From an uncultured Acidimicrobiia bacterium (lineage in GTDB: Bacteria > Actinomycetota > Acidimicrobiia > Spongiisociales > UBA11373), in contig CAYTTU010000104.1 in NCBI GenBank assembly GCA_964440905.1, forward strand, positions 1 through 42,068: a stretch of DNA of 42,068 nt, given 5' to 3'. This document shows, in pieces, positions 6,778 to 13,515 of the stretch (position 1 is the first letter of the stretch; the number at the start of each line of letters is the position of its first letter). Position numbers and translations under genes: made by a program. The notes beneath the pieces were generated by a model. That model was not told where the DNA came from. It saw only the letters and a list, made by a program, of their open reading frames with translations, and did not search any database.

Positions 6778-9057
6778 CTACCCGACTCCCGACGCCCGAC
6801 TCCCGACGCCGGACTCCCGCCTTCTCCACCATGAGACGGCGGGGCCGACCGAGACCAGGACCAGGAGCGACAGCACCGAGATCGCCAGCCCGGGAATCAG
6901 GCCCGGAGGCACGAACCGCACCCGCACCACGTGATGACCCGCCGGGACCGCAACCCCGAGCACCAGTCCGTTGGTGCGCAGCACCGGCGCCGAGTGTCCG
7001 TCGACGCTGGCCCGCCATCCCTCCGCCCACGTGTGCGACAGCACCAGAAGGGAGTCGGTGGCGGCATCCACCACCACCTCGCCGCCATCGAGCACGTCGG
7101 CTGACACCACCGTCCCGGAGAACCCGTCGGAGGTGAAATCGCCGGCGTCGGGGCTGCGCTCCACGTAGGCCACCCGATCGAGGGGCGTGGCTGGATCGAC
7201 CAGGGCGGCGCGGATCTCGGAGAGTGGTGCCACCACCACCGCCCCCACCAGGTAGGCCTCGGGCAGGCGCGGCTCCCGCACCCACCGGATGAAGTCGAGG
7301 CCGGGGATCTGAAACTCCCGCTGCCAACCGACGGCGGCGGGATCGATCCGCTCCTGCAGGATCATCGTGCTCACCCGGAGCACATCGGCGATCCACCCTG
7401 GACCCCACAGGTCGGGACGGGTCGGATTGCCGTGATACAGAAACCCACCGGCAGTCTCCGCCCACTCCCCCTGGAGCAGCGGGTCGTACCCGTTCACCCC
7501 GTGCAGGTCCTTGACCACCGAGAGGCTGCGGAACCCGTACCAGTCCGACGCCCACCGGTCGATCCCGCCCGGGGCGTCGTGGGGCGCGCCGATCGATACC
7601 GCAGACTCGTCGTAATAGGCCGTCGTGGCCTCGGGGTCGGCGGAGATCCGCCACGGCGCCACCGCGGCGAACAGCACCATGTCGATGGCGCACACCGCCA
7701 CCAGTGCCGCCACCCCGATCCGGCGCCACCGCACCGCCAGGACAACAGCAAGCACGACCCCGAAGAGCAGGATCGCGGGACGAGCCAACGCCATGCCCCC
7801 AGCGCTGCCGGCGGCGATTTCACCGCTCACCGGGGCGAAGTGGGGCAGCGCCTCGGCAACGGCGATCACCCCGACCACCCCCACCGCCAGGCCGGGCAGG
7901 AAGCGCCGCGGGGCACGCAGCAGTTCACGGGTCCCGAGGGCGGCGAGTAGCGCCATCACCAGATTCAGCAGCCACACCGTCCGCCCCCAGTGCCGGAACA
8001 AGCTCGCTCCGGGGAGGGCGGTGTACATCACCCTCCCCAGTGGGGTCGATCCGCCCAGAGCCACGATGGTCGCCACCAACCCCACCGCCAACAGAGCCCA
8101 CACGGTGCGGTCCCGCCGCCTGGCGGCGACTCCTACCACGGCCAGGGCGATCACCACCACCCCGGCGTAGGCCCCGGTCTCCTGTATCAGTCCCGTGGTG
8201 GCCCAGTCGCCGTCGATCGAGCCACCGAACAGGTATGGGAACAGCAGCATCAGGAACTGGTGCGGGAGGATCGAGCCCTCGAAGGCGGCGGCGACGTCGA
8301 GGGTGGGCCGCACGCTGGTACGGCTGAACTCGAACAGCGGCAGCAGCTGGATCATCGCCAGACCGACACCGCAACCCAGCGCCAGCCCCACCCGGCCCAG
8401 GGCGGGCCAGTCGGGTCGTCGCCCCGCAACCCGGGCAACGGCGTACACCGCGACGCCGAGACCGGCCATCCACAGCAGCTGGGGTTGTCCCAGCAGGCCA
8501 GTCAGCGCCAGGGGTACCGCCACCAGCAGTGCCCGCGGCGCGGACCAGCGCTCCACGAGCAGATCGACCCCGAGGAAGGCGAGCGGCAGCCACGCCGCCG
8601 CGGCGAGGAAGGCGGGGTGCATCAGATGGAACACGACGTATCCGCTCAGGGCGTACCCGGCGCCGGCGATGACCGCCCCGGGCCGGGACCGCCAGCGATG
8701 CCACGCCCAGGCGAAAGCGGCCAGCCCGGCCGCCCAGAGGTGAAAGAGGAACCACCAGCGGTAGGCCTCCACCGGTTCCAACCATCCGAAGACGACATTG
8801 AAGGGATAGAACACCGCGAATTGGCCGGTGCCCACCGTCGAGTGCCCGGCAAAGATGTTCGGGTTCCAGAAGGCAGCGCCCGGGCCGCGGATCTCCCGCC
8901 ACACCGATGCGAAGAAAGGGACGGTTTGCTCGTTGACGTCGCCGTACATAGCGGTGCGCGAACCGGTGAGCACTCCGGAAAAGGGCACAGTCACCGCGGC
9001 GAGGGTGGCGGCGATCGAGAGCCACCAACCGCGAACCAGTCCCCAGAGTGCCCGCAT
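6778..9057 (-). CDS. large polytopic membrane protein, YfhO-like (putative glycosyl-transfer/cell-envelope function)
   Basis: About 760 aa with many TM helices in the N-terminal two thirds, a soluble C-terminal domain and a final TM. Start set to ATG 9057 (MRALWGLVRGWW) because codons upstream run into heptamer repeats. The last 14 codons lie in the heptamer array 6781-6822. Confidence 0.6.
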   Translation of the reverse strand: MRALWGLVRGWWLSIAATLAAVTVPFSGVLTGSRTAMYGDVNEQTVPFFASVWREIRGPGAAFWNPNIFAGHSTVGTGQFAVFYPFNVVFGWLEPVEAYRWWFLFHLWAAGLAAFAWAWHRWRSRPGAVIAGAGYALSGYVVFHLMHPAFLAAAAWLPLAFLGVDLLVERWSAPRALLVAVPLALTGLLGQPQLLWMAGLGVAVYAVARVAGRRPDWPALGRVGLALGCGVGLAMIQLLPLFEFSRTSVRPTLDVAAAFEGSILPHQFLMLLFPYLFGGSIDGDWATTGLIQETGAYAGVVVIALAVVGVAARRRDRTVWALLAVGLVATIVALGGSTPLGRVMYTALPGASLFRHWGRTVWLLNLVMALLAALGTRELLRAPRRFLPGLAVGVVGVIAVAEALPHFAPVSGEIAAGSAGGMALARPAILLFGVVLAVVLAVRWRRIGVAALVAVCAIDMVLFAAVAPWRISADPEATTAYYDESAVSIGAPHDAPGGIDRWASDWYGFRSLSVVKDLHGVNGYDPLLQGEWAETAGGFLYHGNPTRPDLWGPGWIADVLRVSTMILQERIDPAAVGWQREFQIPGLDFIRWVREPRLPEAYLVGAVVVAPLSEIRAALVDPATPLDRVAYVERSPDAGDFTSDGFSGTVVSADVLDGGEVVVDAATDSLLVLSHTWAEGWRASVDGHSAPVLRTNGLVLGVAVPAGHHVVRVRFVPPGLIPGLAISVLSLLVLVSVGPAVSWWRRRESGVGSRASGVG
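6781..6822. repeat. heptamer array CCCGACT/CCCGACG x6 (minus strand GGGAGTC/GGGCGTC)
   Basis: Direct reading. It lies inside the 3' end of the YfhO-like ORF and encodes ...ESGVGSRASGVG. Confidence 0.9.
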
Positions 9058-9100
9058 CGGCGGGTGAGTGTATGGGGAGACGGAAGCCGGAGGCTGGATT

Positions 9101-9156
9101 GGAGTTTGGAGTTTGGAGTTTGGAGTTTGAGGGGAGACTCTCAACTCTGAACTTCT
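9101..9156. repeat. heptamer arrays GGAGTTT x4 (9101-9128), then ACTCTCA ACTCTGA ACTTCTC (9136-9156)
   Basis: Direct reading. GGAGTTT is the reverse complement of the ACTCCAA family seen at 168-181. ACTCTGA is identical to the units at 154-167. Confidence 0.9.
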
Positions 9157-9161
9157 CCAGA

Positions 9162-9476
9162 CGCGAGAAACCCCGAGGGAGTCCGGCCGAAGCCTCGCCC
9201 TCTCGGGGTTCCCCGAGCGAAACGCACCTTGCGGGACGCCTCTGCACTACGCCTCGGAACGAATCCGTGTGCGAAGCCTGGCCCGGCGACCGCAGCGACA
9301 GCTTTCGCCCGCTGCGACCCTCTCTTGCGAGAGCTAGGTCGGAAGCCTCCTCCAGGAGTTGCCTCCCTTTGGCTCCCCGGGTCACCCCGAGTGGTAACCG
9401 GGAAGATACGACAGGCTGCTCCCGAGGTCAAACGAAAACGCTGTTGAGATTTCGCGCAAGGAGAACGGTTTTCGCG
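9162..9476. repeat. copy A of a ~315-bp hairpin-rich element (candidate structured RNA or MITE-like element)
   Basis: Aligns end to end with 9717-10035. Conserved hairpins at 9185-9194, 9223-9233, 9320-9333, 9355-9366 and 9376-9402. Complementary termini CGCGAGAAACC / GGTTTTCGCG. No credible ORF. Confidence 0.75.
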
Positions 9477-9498
9477 GGGGCCCGGGAGATGAAGCTGC

Positions 9499-9534
9499 GA
9501 GCCCATGAGCCACGAGCCACGAGCCATGAGCCAG
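9499..9534. repeat. heptamer array GAGCCAY x4-5
   Basis: Direct reading: GAGCCCAT GAGCCAC GAGCCAC GAGCCAT GAGCCAG. Confidence 0.85.
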
Positions 9535-9563
9535 CTCGAGGATCGGACAAGGGCCACGGGGAT

Positions 9564-9584
9564 CGCTCATCGCTCATCGCCACC
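9564..9584. repeat. heptamer array CGCTCAT CGCTCAT CGCCACC
   Basis: Direct reading. The array is enclosed by a short ATCGC/GCGAT inverted repeat (9562-9589). Confidence 0.7.
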
Positions 9585-9620
9585 GCGATTCGGGCACCCG
9601 GTCGTCGGGAGGAGGGCATC

Positions 9621-9697
9621 GGGCGACGGGCGACGGGCGACGGGAGACGGGCGACGGGCGACGGGCGACGGGCGACGGGCGACGGGCGTCGGGCGAC
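9621..9697. repeat. 11-unit heptamer array GGGCGAC (variants GGGAGAC, GGGCGTC) with a G-quadruplex-type motif on the plus strand
   Basis: Direct reading. There are eleven consecutive units with G3 tracts separated by 4-nt loops. Confidence 0.95.
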
Positions 9698-9716
9698 GGC
9701 CCCGAAGGGCCCACCA

Positions 9717-10035
9717 CGCGGAAAAGCCCCGAGTGAGTCTCGGCCGAAGCCTGCACCCTCCCGGGGCTTCCCGTTCGAAACGCTCCTTCCGAAGCGCTCC
9801 TGTCCCCCGCCTCGGAGCGAATCCGTGAGCGAAGGCCGGCCCGGCGACCACAACGATGCTTATCGCTCGCTGCGACCCTCCCTTGCGGGAGCGAGGCCGG
9901 ATGCCGCCTCCAGGAGTTGCCTCCCTTCGGCCCCCCCGGGTCACCCCAGGTGGTAACCGGGAAGATACGGGCGCCTTACCCAAGCGTCAAACCAGAACGC
10001 TGCTGAGATTTCGCGTGCGGAGAGCAGATTTCGCG
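9717..10035. repeat. copy B of the ~315-bp hairpin-rich element
   Basis: Direct repeat of 9162-9476, roughly three quarters identical by eye. Matching hairpins at 9742-9751, 9781-9796, 9878-9891, 9913-9924 and 9935-9961. Confidence 0.75.
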
Positions 10036-10044
10036 GAGGAAGCG

Positions 10045-10108
10045 GTCAGCTGTCAGCTATCAGCTTTCAGCCAGACGCCTCTTCGCCCATCGCTCATCGC
10101 CCATCGCC
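10045..10108. repeat. heptamer arrays GTCAGCT x4 (10045-10072) and CATCGCY x4 (10081-10108)
   Basis: Direct reading: GTCAGCT GTCAGCT ATCAGCT TTCAGCC, then CTTCGCC CATCGCT CATCGCC CATCGCC. Confidence 0.9.
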
Positions 10109-10161
10109 TCTCCGGCGACCGGCATCTGGCCTCCGGACGCCTCCTACTCTCCCCCGCGCAC

Positions 10162-11397
10162 ATGTCCACCAGGCTCCTGACGCGCGGCTTCGTCCTCGCC
10201 TGGCTGCTCAGCTTCTTCTCCGGTCTGGCCTTCTTCCTGTTCGTGCACTTCCCCCGCTACCTGGAGGATCTCGGAGCCGACCCCGCCGAAGTCGGCCGGA
10301 TCGTCGGGGCCACGGCGCTGGCGGCGATCGCCATTCGTCCGCTGGTGGGCCGGGCGATGGACCGCCGGGGTCGCCGCCCGGTGGTGCTATTCGGCAACGC
10401 AGTCCACGTGGTCGCGCTCCTGCTCTATCTCACCGTCGACCACATCGGACCGTGGCTCTACGCGGTGCGAATCCTCCACGGCTTCGGGGAGGCGTTGCTC
10501 TTTGCCGCCACCTTCACCATCGCCGCCGACCTGGTCCCGGCAGAACGCCGCACCGAGGGTCTGGCGCTGTTCGGGGTCTCGGGGCTACTGCCTATCGCCG
10601 TGGGCGGGGTGTTAGGCGACTTCCTTCTGAGTCGGTTCGCGTTCGAGTCGATCTTCCTCGCCGCCCTCGGCCTCGGGGCGCTGGCGCTGCTGCTGGCCTT
10701 GCCGCTCCCCGAGACGGTCACGCCGGCGGCGGCGGAACACCACCTGCCCTTCCTCACCTCGCTGCGCCAACGCGACCTCATCCCGATCTGGTGGATCACC
10801 CTGGTGTTCTCGCTGGCGCTGACCGCCTACTTCACGTTCCTGCGGCTCTACATCGACGAGAGCGGAATCGGCTCGATGGGCGGGTTCTTCGGGGCCTACG
10901 CCACCACCGCGGTGCTGCTTCGCCTGTTCGCCGGGTGGCTCCCCGACCGCATCGGACTGAAACGGGTGCTCTACCCGGCGATGCTGGTGTTTGCCACCGG
11001 TCTGTTGCTTCTGGCGGCGGCCCACTCGGCCACGGCCGTGGTGGTGGCCGGGGTGTTCTGCGGGGCGGGGCACGGCTACGGGTTCCCGATCCTGTTCGCC
11101 CTGTGTTTCAGCCGGGCCCGCCCCGCCGCCCGCGGAACCGCGGCGGTGATCTTCACCGGTCTGTTCGACGTCGGAATCCTTGCCGGCGCCCCGGTTCTGG
11201 GCTGGGTCGCCAACCAGTTCGGGTACCCGACGATGTTCCGTCTGGCGGCGATGTGGGTGGCGGTGGGGTTGGTTTCGTTCGCCTTCTGGGACCGCGACCT
11301 GCGCTTTCCCGGCCGGGCGAACTACAGACGTGTCACTCCCGACCCGTATAGTCCGGTTCATGCCGTTGGAGACCCTGTCCCCGAGCCGGGCGAGTGA
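10162..11397 (+). CDS. MFS transporter
   Basis: 411 aa from ATG 10162 (MSTRLLTRGFVLAWLL...). About 12 TM helices and a G.A.DR.GRR loop after TM2. The longer ORF start lies inside the repeat region. Confidence 0.8.
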   Translation: MSTRLLTRGFVLAWLLSFFSGLAFFLFVHFPRYLEDLGADPAEVGRIVGATALAAIAIRPLVGRAMDRRGRRPVVLFGNAVHVVALLLYLTVDHIGPWLYAVRILHGFGEALLFAATFTIAADLVPAERRTEGLALFGVSGLLPIAVGGVLGDFLLSRFAFESIFLAALGLGALALLLALPLPETVTPAAAEHHLPFLTSLRQRDLIPIWWITLVFSLALTAYFTFLRLYIDESGIGSMGGFFGAYATTAVLLRLFAGWLPDRIGLKRVLYPAMLVFATGLLLLAAAHSATAVVVAGVFCGAGHGYGFPILFALCFSRARPAARGTAAVIFTGLFDVGILAGAPVLGWVANQFGYPTMFRLAAMWVAVGLVSFAFWDRDLRFPGRANYRRVTPDPYSPVHAVGDPVPEPGE

Positions 11398-12136
11398 CTT
11401 CAAGCACTGCCCCCAGCTCTTCAAGTTCCGTGCCATAGACCGGCTGCCCGAGCCGACCACGGTCTATCAGGCGCGCGGCACCACGGCCCACCTCGCCTTG
11501 CAGCGGCTCTACGACCTCCCCGCCGCCGAGCGCACCCCGGAGCGGCTCTACGACCTGTTCCGCCAGGCATGGTCCGAGGTGCGCTCCACCGAGTTCGAGG
11601 GGTTGTTCACCAGCGTGGAGGAGGAGCGGGCCTGGGGGCTGGAGAGCCTGACCCTGCTCGCCAACTACTTCGCCGTGGAGGATCCCACGCTCGTCGAGCC
11701 GCTCGATCGCGAGCTCGACATGCTGGAAGACCTCGACGGGATCGTGATCCGGGGGATCCTCGACCGCATGGAGGAGACCGCGGACGGGCGGCTGGTGATC
11801 TCGGACTACAAGACGGGGAAGGCGCCCCCGGAGCAGTACGCCCTACCGGCGTTCTTCGCCCTCAAGATATATGCACTGCTCGTCCGGCGGCGCACCGGGC
11901 GGACCCCCGACGCCCTCAAGCTCATCTACCTGAACGGACCGACCGTCTACGAGATCGCGGTCAACGACGCCGCCCTCGACGCCATGGACCGCCAGTTGCG
12001 GGCTCTGTGGATCGCCATCGACAAGGCGATGGCCGGGGACCACTTCCCGCCCCGCGTCAGCAGGCTGTGCGACTGGTGCTCGTTCCAGGACATCTGCCCC
12101 GCCTTCGCCGTGGCGTCGCTCGCCGCCGCCGGCTGA
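11360..12136 (+). CDS. stand-alone RecB-family PD-(D/E)XK nuclease with Cas4/AddB-type 4-Cys cluster
   Basis: 258 aa from ATG 11360 (MPLETLSPSRASDFKHCPQLF). ISDYKTGK nuclease motif. One N-terminal Cys plus a C-terminal CDWCSFQDIC (Cx2Cx5C). Overlaps the MFS gene end by 38 nt. Confidence 0.8.
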   Translation: MPLETLSPSRASDFKHCPQLFKFRAIDRLPEPTTVYQARGTTAHLALQRLYDLPAAERTPERLYDLFRQAWSEVRSTEFEGLFTSVEEERAWGLESLTLLANYFAVEDPTLVEPLDRELDMLEDLDGIVIRGILDRMEETADGRLVISDYKTGKAPPEQYALPAFFALKIYALLVRRRTGRTPDALKLIYLNGPTVYEIAVNDAALDAMDRQLRALWIAIDKAMAGDHFPPRVSRLCDWCSFQDICPAFAVASLAAAG

Positions 12137-12140
12137 GAGA

Positions 12141-13424
12141 TCAGGGGTAGATGCCCCGAGCCAGCTTGGCGTCGGCCACCCGCCGAATCCCCTTGATCAG
12201 GGCGGCAGTGCGCATGTCGGTCTTGTGGTTGCGGGCCACCGCCTGCACCTCTTCATAGGCCCGGCTCATGATCTCGCGCAGCCGGCCCACTATCTCGGAC
12301 TCGGACCACAGGTAGTTCTGCAGGTCCTGCACCCACTCGAAGTACGACACCGTCACCCCGCCGGCGTTCGCCAGGACGTCGGGGACCACCAGCACCCCCA
12401 TCTCCTTGAGAATGCGATCCGCCTCGATGGTGGTGGGGCCGTTGGCCCCCTCCATGATCAGCTTGGCCTTGACCGCGGCGGCGTTGTCCTTGGTGATCAC
12501 CCCGCCCGTAGCGCACGGCATGAGCACCTCGCAATCCATGGCGAGGAGGGTAGCATTGTCGATCGGGTCTCCTCCGCGGAAGCCCACCAGGGTCCGGTGC
12601 TTGTCCATGTACTCCATGGCGGCGGGCACGTCGATGCCCCGTCCGTTGTGGATCCCTCCGGCGACGTCGGAGATTCCGACCACCACCGCACCCGACTGGC
12701 TCGCCGCCAGCGCCGCATAGCGGCCGACGTTGCCGAAGCCCTGTACCGCCACCCGGGCCCCCTCGTGGGCGATACCGCACTGGGCTGTGGCCACGGGGAG
12801 CAGGCTGACCATTCCGCGACCGGTGGCCTCGCGCCGGGCGATCGACCCACCCAGCGCGGGAGGCTTCCCGGTGACCACCGCCGGTTCGGTGTGGCCTACC
12901 TGCTGGCTGTAGGTGTCCATGATCCAGGCCATCACCTGCTCGTCGGTGCCCATATCCGGGGCCGGGATGTCCTTGTCGGGTCCGATGAAGTCGATGATTT
13001 CGGCGGTGTAGCGCCGGGTGACCCGCTGCAGCTCGGCGGACGACAGGGTGGTGGGATCCACCCGCACTCCGCCCTTGGCCCCGCCAAACGGGATGCCGAC
13101 GATGGCGCACTTCCAGGTCATCAGCATCGCCAGCGCCGCCACCTCACCGAGGTTGACGTCGGGGGCGTAGCGGATCCCGCCCTTGGTCGGTCCCATGGTG
13201 AGGACGTGCTGCACCCGATATCCGAAAAGGGTCTCGACGTCGGTCATCTCGTCGGTGCGATACGGGATGGTGACGATGATCGATCGCTGCGGCACCCGGA
13301 GGCGCTCGGCGATGTTGTGGTCAAGGTCCATGAACTCGGCCACCCGGTCGAACTGGCTGATGGCCTCGGAGTACAGCGGGGATTCCCACTCCCGCAAGCC
13401 ATCCCTGAGGATGTCCGATGCCAT
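12141..13424 (-). CDS. gdhA: glutamate dehydrogenase (Glu/Leu/Phe/Val dehydrogenase family)
   Basis: 427 aa. TMGPTKGGIRY and IPFGGAKGG catalytic-Lys region, and a GFGNVG Rossmann motif. Confidence 0.9.
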   Translation of the reverse strand: MASDILRDGLREWESPLYSEAISQFDRVAEFMDLDHNIAERLRVPQRSIIVTIPYRTDEMTDVETLFGYRVQHVLTMGPTKGGIRYAPDVNLGEVAALAMLMTWKCAIVGIPFGGAKGGVRVDPTTLSSAELQRVTRRYTAEIIDFIGPDKDIPAPDMGTDEQVMAWIMDTYSQQVGHTEPAVVTGKPPALGGSIARREATGRGMVSLLPVATAQCGIAHEGARVAVQGFGNVGRYAALAASQSGAVVVGISDVAGGIHNGRGIDVPAAMEYMDKHRTLVGFRGGDPIDNATLLAMDCEVLMPCATGGVITKDNAAAVKAKLIMEGANGPTTIEADRILKEMGVLVVPDVLANAGGVTVSYFEWVQDLQNYLWSESEIVGRLREIMSRAYEEVQAVARNHKTDMRTAALIKGIRRVADAKLARGIYP

Positions 13425-13515
13425 GAGACCTTCCGTGTGGCGGACGGCACAATCTAACGAGGCAGGAATGCTCCCCGGCGGGCAATCCGTCGCTGCCCCC
13501 GGTTAGGTTGACCCC

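Noticed and set aside
4641-7136. 831-aa ORF on the plus strand
   Set aside because: It is antisense to the well-supported acyl-CoA ligase and bPH_2/SHOCT genes. The translation is R/G/P/H/D-rich with no recognisable motifs. This is a typical shadow ORF of a high-GC genome.
6764-9385. Alternative-frame ORFs 6764-7729 (-) and 7925-9385 (-) overlapping the YfhO-like gene
   Set aside because: They are Arg/Gly/Pro-rich translations without TM helices or motifs. The 6778-9057 frame gives a coherent polytopic membrane protein.
9162-9476. Resemblance to known housekeeping RNAs (GGAGTCCGG versus RNase P P4; AGGTCGGAAGCC versus SRP domain IV)
   Set aside because: The matches are only 8-11 nt, and the other universally conserved segments of RNase P or SRP RNA are absent. 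The element is also present twice, which is not expected for those genes.
9048-9983. ORFs of 138-302 aa on both strands across the 9.1-10.1 kb gap (for example 9048-9956 +, 9141-9557 -, 9428-9853 -, 9567-9983 -)
   Set aside because: Their translations are driven by the repeats (for example GDGRRAT x4 from the GGGCGAC array). They are low-complexity and mutually overlapping, and have no start context. The region is better explained as non-coding repeats.
9499-10108. Possible CRISPR array
   Set aside because: The repeats are 7-bp units in immediate tandem with no spacers. The two 315-bp copies are far too long and too diverged to be CRISPR repeats. No cas genes are present.
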